Of a DNA stretch of 54,714 bases, positions 51,094 through 54,714 are shown one piece after another. Source of the stretch: Ancylonema sp. (taxonomy: Eukaryota); NCBI GenBank assembly GCA_050230475.1, contig JBFLGF010000209.1:1-54714 (forward strand), read 5' to 3'. Positions within the stretch are counted from its first letter, which is position 1, and every line of letters begins with the position of its first letter. The position numbers and the translations under genes were made by a program. Under the pieces are notes generated by a model that made no database searches, had not been told where the DNA came from, and saw nothing but the letters and a program-made list of their open reading frames with translations.

Positions 51094-51353
51094 TATGTGT
51101 GGCCAGTAGGATACATTCGGTCGAGAACTAGTAGGCCATGCAGCAGATTGCCAATGGTGACGAACACCAGCAATCAGCATCCATTTGCTGAATCCCCGAT
51201 TAGCTTGAGGCCAATAAGCAAGAAAATATTTGAATAGGATAGCACATGTGATAGAACATACGTTGTGCATTCATAGTCTCCAATGGATATAACATACTTA
51301 AAACAGGTATAGATTCGCTAAGACAACTTTTGTCGACATGCGTTACACTCATA

Positions 51354-51896
51354 CAGTGCAGTCTTGATATAGTGACACACTGTACAGTGACAATCGCGAT
51401 ATAGTGACATTTTTTTTGCCCTTTTTCTAATCCTATATGAAAACTTACTCTATATAGTGACAATCGCTACAGTGACACACGTTATAGTGAACAAAAATTC
51501 CCAGATTTTTGTGTTGCGATGTCACTATACGGTGAAACCTGTCTAAATTTATACTGTGAAAATAAATAACCTGTCTATTAATGCATAATATTCTGCCTGA
51601 ATTGTTTTTAGCCAAAATGTGACGCGTAAATTAATAACCAGTCTAATTTGTCATTTTTTTTATGGTTCCAACATTAGTCATGTAGACAGGTTTTACTATA
51701 GCAAGAGGATGTTATAACGAAAGCCGTTTAGCTAAGCCACCTCCGTTAAAAATATCGACCTGAATTTCACTTTCTCTCGATATAGTGACATTTGCCCAAA
51801 TGTCACTAAACACTGTATAGTGACAACCCTAGCATTCGATATAGTGACATTAAATCCACATGTCTATAAAATTGTCACTATATCGAGACTGCACTG
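51354..51896. mobile_element. pogo/Tigger-like MITE with a second MITE nested at about 51530-51698
   Basis: TIR CAGTGCAGTCTTGATATAGTGACA / TGTCACTATATCGAGACTGCACTG, TA flanks, repeated TATAGTGACA motif. Nested TIR CGGTGAAACCTGTCTA / TAGACAGGTTTTACTA. Confidence 0.82.
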
Positions 51897-52616
51897 TAGT
51901 GGGTCCCCGAGCCGGAAAATATGCGCGCCGGCTCGGAGCCGGGCTCGCAAAATCCGCGGGCAGAGCGGGATCCACAGAAAAAATAAAAAATAAATGGTAG
52001 CCCCGTCTCCCGCTACGCTCTAGACTATTATGCTTGCGGAATACTGTTTCATAACTCCTTGTATGCCGTCATTATCCCGTCCCCGTTCGCAACTCCCCCT
52101 TGTCGTTTGCAAGCTACAATTATGTCGTTTAGCACGTCTCCCTTTCATCTTATTTTTCCGTACCATCGTTGTCCTCCCGTTCCATCGTAGTGTGTGACAC
52201 ACTCATAGATCCAGTTTGTCGTTTGTGCCACAAAATCTGTCAATTTCTTAAGAAATCCCGCATCTGACGGGTGAGAATTGTTCACCGCCCCGTCCCTCCC
52301 CCAGATGTCATCCGATTCCCGTGATGTCAGAAGATCTTTAAGATTCGATACATAATCTTTCAGTTGCCAAAACAAATACCGGATCCGACGGGCACAATCT
52401 CTCCAGTAACCATCAGAAAATGGTTACTATGCTCGGGACGTACTGCCCGAAGTACCGGTAACTAGTAACTAACTTCTTGGTAGAGGAGGATTTGTACTTC
52501 GTCGCATTTCGATATTTCGTTTTTGCCAGGCGGGTCGCGGACGCGCGGAGCCGGCTCGCGCACGCGCCGGCTCGAAACTAGGCTCGTAAATTCCGCGAGC
52601 GGAGCGGGACCCACTA
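51897..52616. mobile_element. Probable hAT-like non-autonomous element
   Basis: Inverted ends TAGTGGGTCCC / GGGACCCACTA with GC-rich GAGCCGG/CCGGCTC subterminal repeats at both ends; no clean 8-bp TSD found. Confidence 0.5.
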
Positions 52617-54714
52617 TGGTTACAGTTGCACGAGCTGCACGTGGGGGTTGTGCAGAACGGGTCAAGGTTGACGAGGTTATGATTAGTGATGCGTGACAAG
52701 AAGTATGGTGGCGCGGTTGGAGGTTGTGGGCTAAGTAATGTGTTCAATGGCGAGAGAGAGGTGCTTGGGAGGCTGGGGTTATTTAGTAAATAACACAAGC
52801 CTAATATTTACCACATGTTCGTTGTACTTTCAATATTCGATCGGTGAATGCATCATAGGTGTATATCAAAATCTCCGCTCGGCGGCACCCGCGGGCGGCT
52901 CAGTCCGCAAGCGGATCCTCGGACCTGTCCGAAACATGTGCGGGCTCGGCCAGAACACGGCTAGGACACGTCCCGGACCCGGACACCCCCCCCAAGATTT
53001 TTTTTTTGAAACGACTTAGTATAACAGGTAGGCGAATAATGTCGCCGGTATATGTAAGCAAGATACGTAGTAAGAACCAAATATTAGACAAATGAGAACA
53101 CCCACACTTGTCTCACTTGAAAATAAATCATGTACCAAAAAAAACAAAAAACAAAAAACACACAACTCTAAATTCGTGATGGCCGTGGACATGTCCGGAA
53201 CGATTTTGACATGTCAAGGACAAGTGGCGTCCGGTACAAATGCGGGACATGTCCACGACATGCTTTTCCTTGACACAACTATAATTTTGGAGTATGTATT
53301 CCAATCCTTGAGCATTGTGGCTCCATTACGCCAAGAGTGCCTTCCGACCAAACTTTGCAACATCGGTGGTGGTGTACTCTGTGTGCGTGCTTTGCGATTG
53401 TATGCCCAATACTTGGTGTACACGGATAATATTGCGGCGTGCATGTTGATCCGATTGATATATTTGGTGCGGTTCGATGTGTTCGCTTACGTGAGGTTTT
53501 CTGCATGTCACCTTGCCGAGAACTTCCACTCCGCGTAATTCAACGAGCATTGATTTGAACGAGTTCTGGGTGTGTGGTCTGCGGTAATTACATGCCGTAT
53601 AAGCGCGGTTGCGGGAAGCGATGCTCGGTAGTTGCATGCCGTCTAGGCGCGACAATGCAAGTACAGATTGCGTAGGTGGTACGGCGGGTGAGGCCCTCGG
53701 TATAGAGTCGGCCGTACGGTGGATTAAAAAAAGTCCCCGCCATACATTTAAAATTGATAATTTTCGAATCCTTACATTTCGGTACAAGTTCTTGTATGTC
53801 CGTGCATACTTAATGTTCCTAACTTGTGGGAAGTTAATGTGAAATGTTCTACACTACAAATAGGTGATGGGCAACAGTTGGCGGGTGGTACGATTGCCTT
53901 CCACGTGCACATACAACATCGAACATTACGTTATCGAGCCCCTAGTATCTCCTATGTTGTGAGAAGCATCTGTAGAATTGGCTACACAATAAAATAAGGG
54001 TTGAGTGACCAATATGGCGGGTAGTATAGTTAATAAACACACATGCCGGATTATTGATCGGATATTGGCTTGTTCCCCGTCGCAGGGATATGGGAACGGA
54101 TTTCAAGCATTTGGAACCAAAATTGCCTTAATGAATAACGTGTCGAAAACAATTTATTTCCTTCCCCCCAAAAGATTTCGTTCTGACACTTTACTCATAT
54201 TATTGTGTAGTGCACGGACCGTCTGGGTCCGGAATCTTGGCCCAGTCGGCCCGCGATTCTTTTAGGGCTTTAGTTTTGCGCGTAACATGTGGGGCGAAAT
54301 CGGCACGTTAGAGAATTCTTGAGGTGAGCGTTTGTTTGACATTGTCTTAGAATGCACAAGACATATACAAAATAAATACTTATTTATTTGGCCCGGGGCT
54401 CCAGGCGGCGCCCCGGGCGAAAAAAATCCCGCCCGGGGCGGGGCCATAGAGGTTTTTTAGGTTTTTTGGAAGGGAGAGACTGCGGGCACCCCCGTAAGCG
54501 ACTGCGGGCAGCCCCCGCCGTAATAGTGAACGGGCATCCGGCGAAATTTCGCTCTACACAGTGTCCCGGACCGCTGTACCGTGATTTTTCTCGTTATCAC
54601 AGTCTCGGACGGAGCTACCTCCTCGCTCCTGTCACTGTCGCTGCGTCTCTGCAGGTGCCTCCATGCTCGGTGCTGCGTGCGTCTTGCTGTCCGCTTCGAA
54701 TTCTGCGCTGCGGA

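Larger units (their letters stand above)
47988..51110. mobile_element. Approx. 3.1-kb Tc1/mariner (pogo-like) TIR element, progenitor of the two nested MITEs
   Basis: Left TIR CCGTAGTGGCCATACATAATGACCCG (47988-48013). Right TIR is reconstituted (GGGTCATTA+TGTGTGGCCAGTAGG) once the MITE at 50854-51093 is removed. Both ends match the left and right halves of the MITEs. Confidence 0.7.

Noticed and set aside
50519..51110. CRISPR-like repeated array
   Set aside because: The repeats are TIR-bounded MITE copies with TA TSDs; no unique spacers and no cas genes. The 16-bp and 23-bp minisatellites likewise have no spacers.
54380..54714. GC-rich block and acceptor-like CTGCAG before an ATG at the right edge
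   Set aside because: Could be a promoter/5' end of a next gene or a TE end; too little sequence to call.

Overview
Eukaryotic nuclear DNA, intron-rich and full of microsatellites. The plant-like homologues and intron style suggest a streptophyte (charophyte-type) alga; this is inference. I could splice five genes by hand with consistent intron phases: an amidohydrolase_2-family gene (- strand, runs off the left edge), a BET/GTE bromodomain+ET gene (+), an orphan coiled-coil gene (-), a syntaxin-6/SYP61 gene (-) and a plant GGCT-like-fold gene (+). Mobile DNA includes a decayed full-length Ty1/copia LTR element with a 5-bp TSD, two nested hAT elements with 8-bp TSDs, and several Tc1/mariner (pogo-like) MITEs. 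Main result: two unrelated, otherwise intact conserved genes each carry one in-frame TAG exactly where plant homologues, as I recall them, have glutamate (FPYFPAQ*PAILG and PAFIER*QEFRFLA). None of the four complete genes ends in TAG, and there are several weaker in-frame TAGs elsewhere. This suggests a nuclear genetic code with UAG read as Glu, or efficient UAG readthrough, which I do not know from any streptophyte. Independent GAG>TAG mutations or base-call errors cannot be excluded from one window. Homology statements are from memory of protein families, not from database searches.
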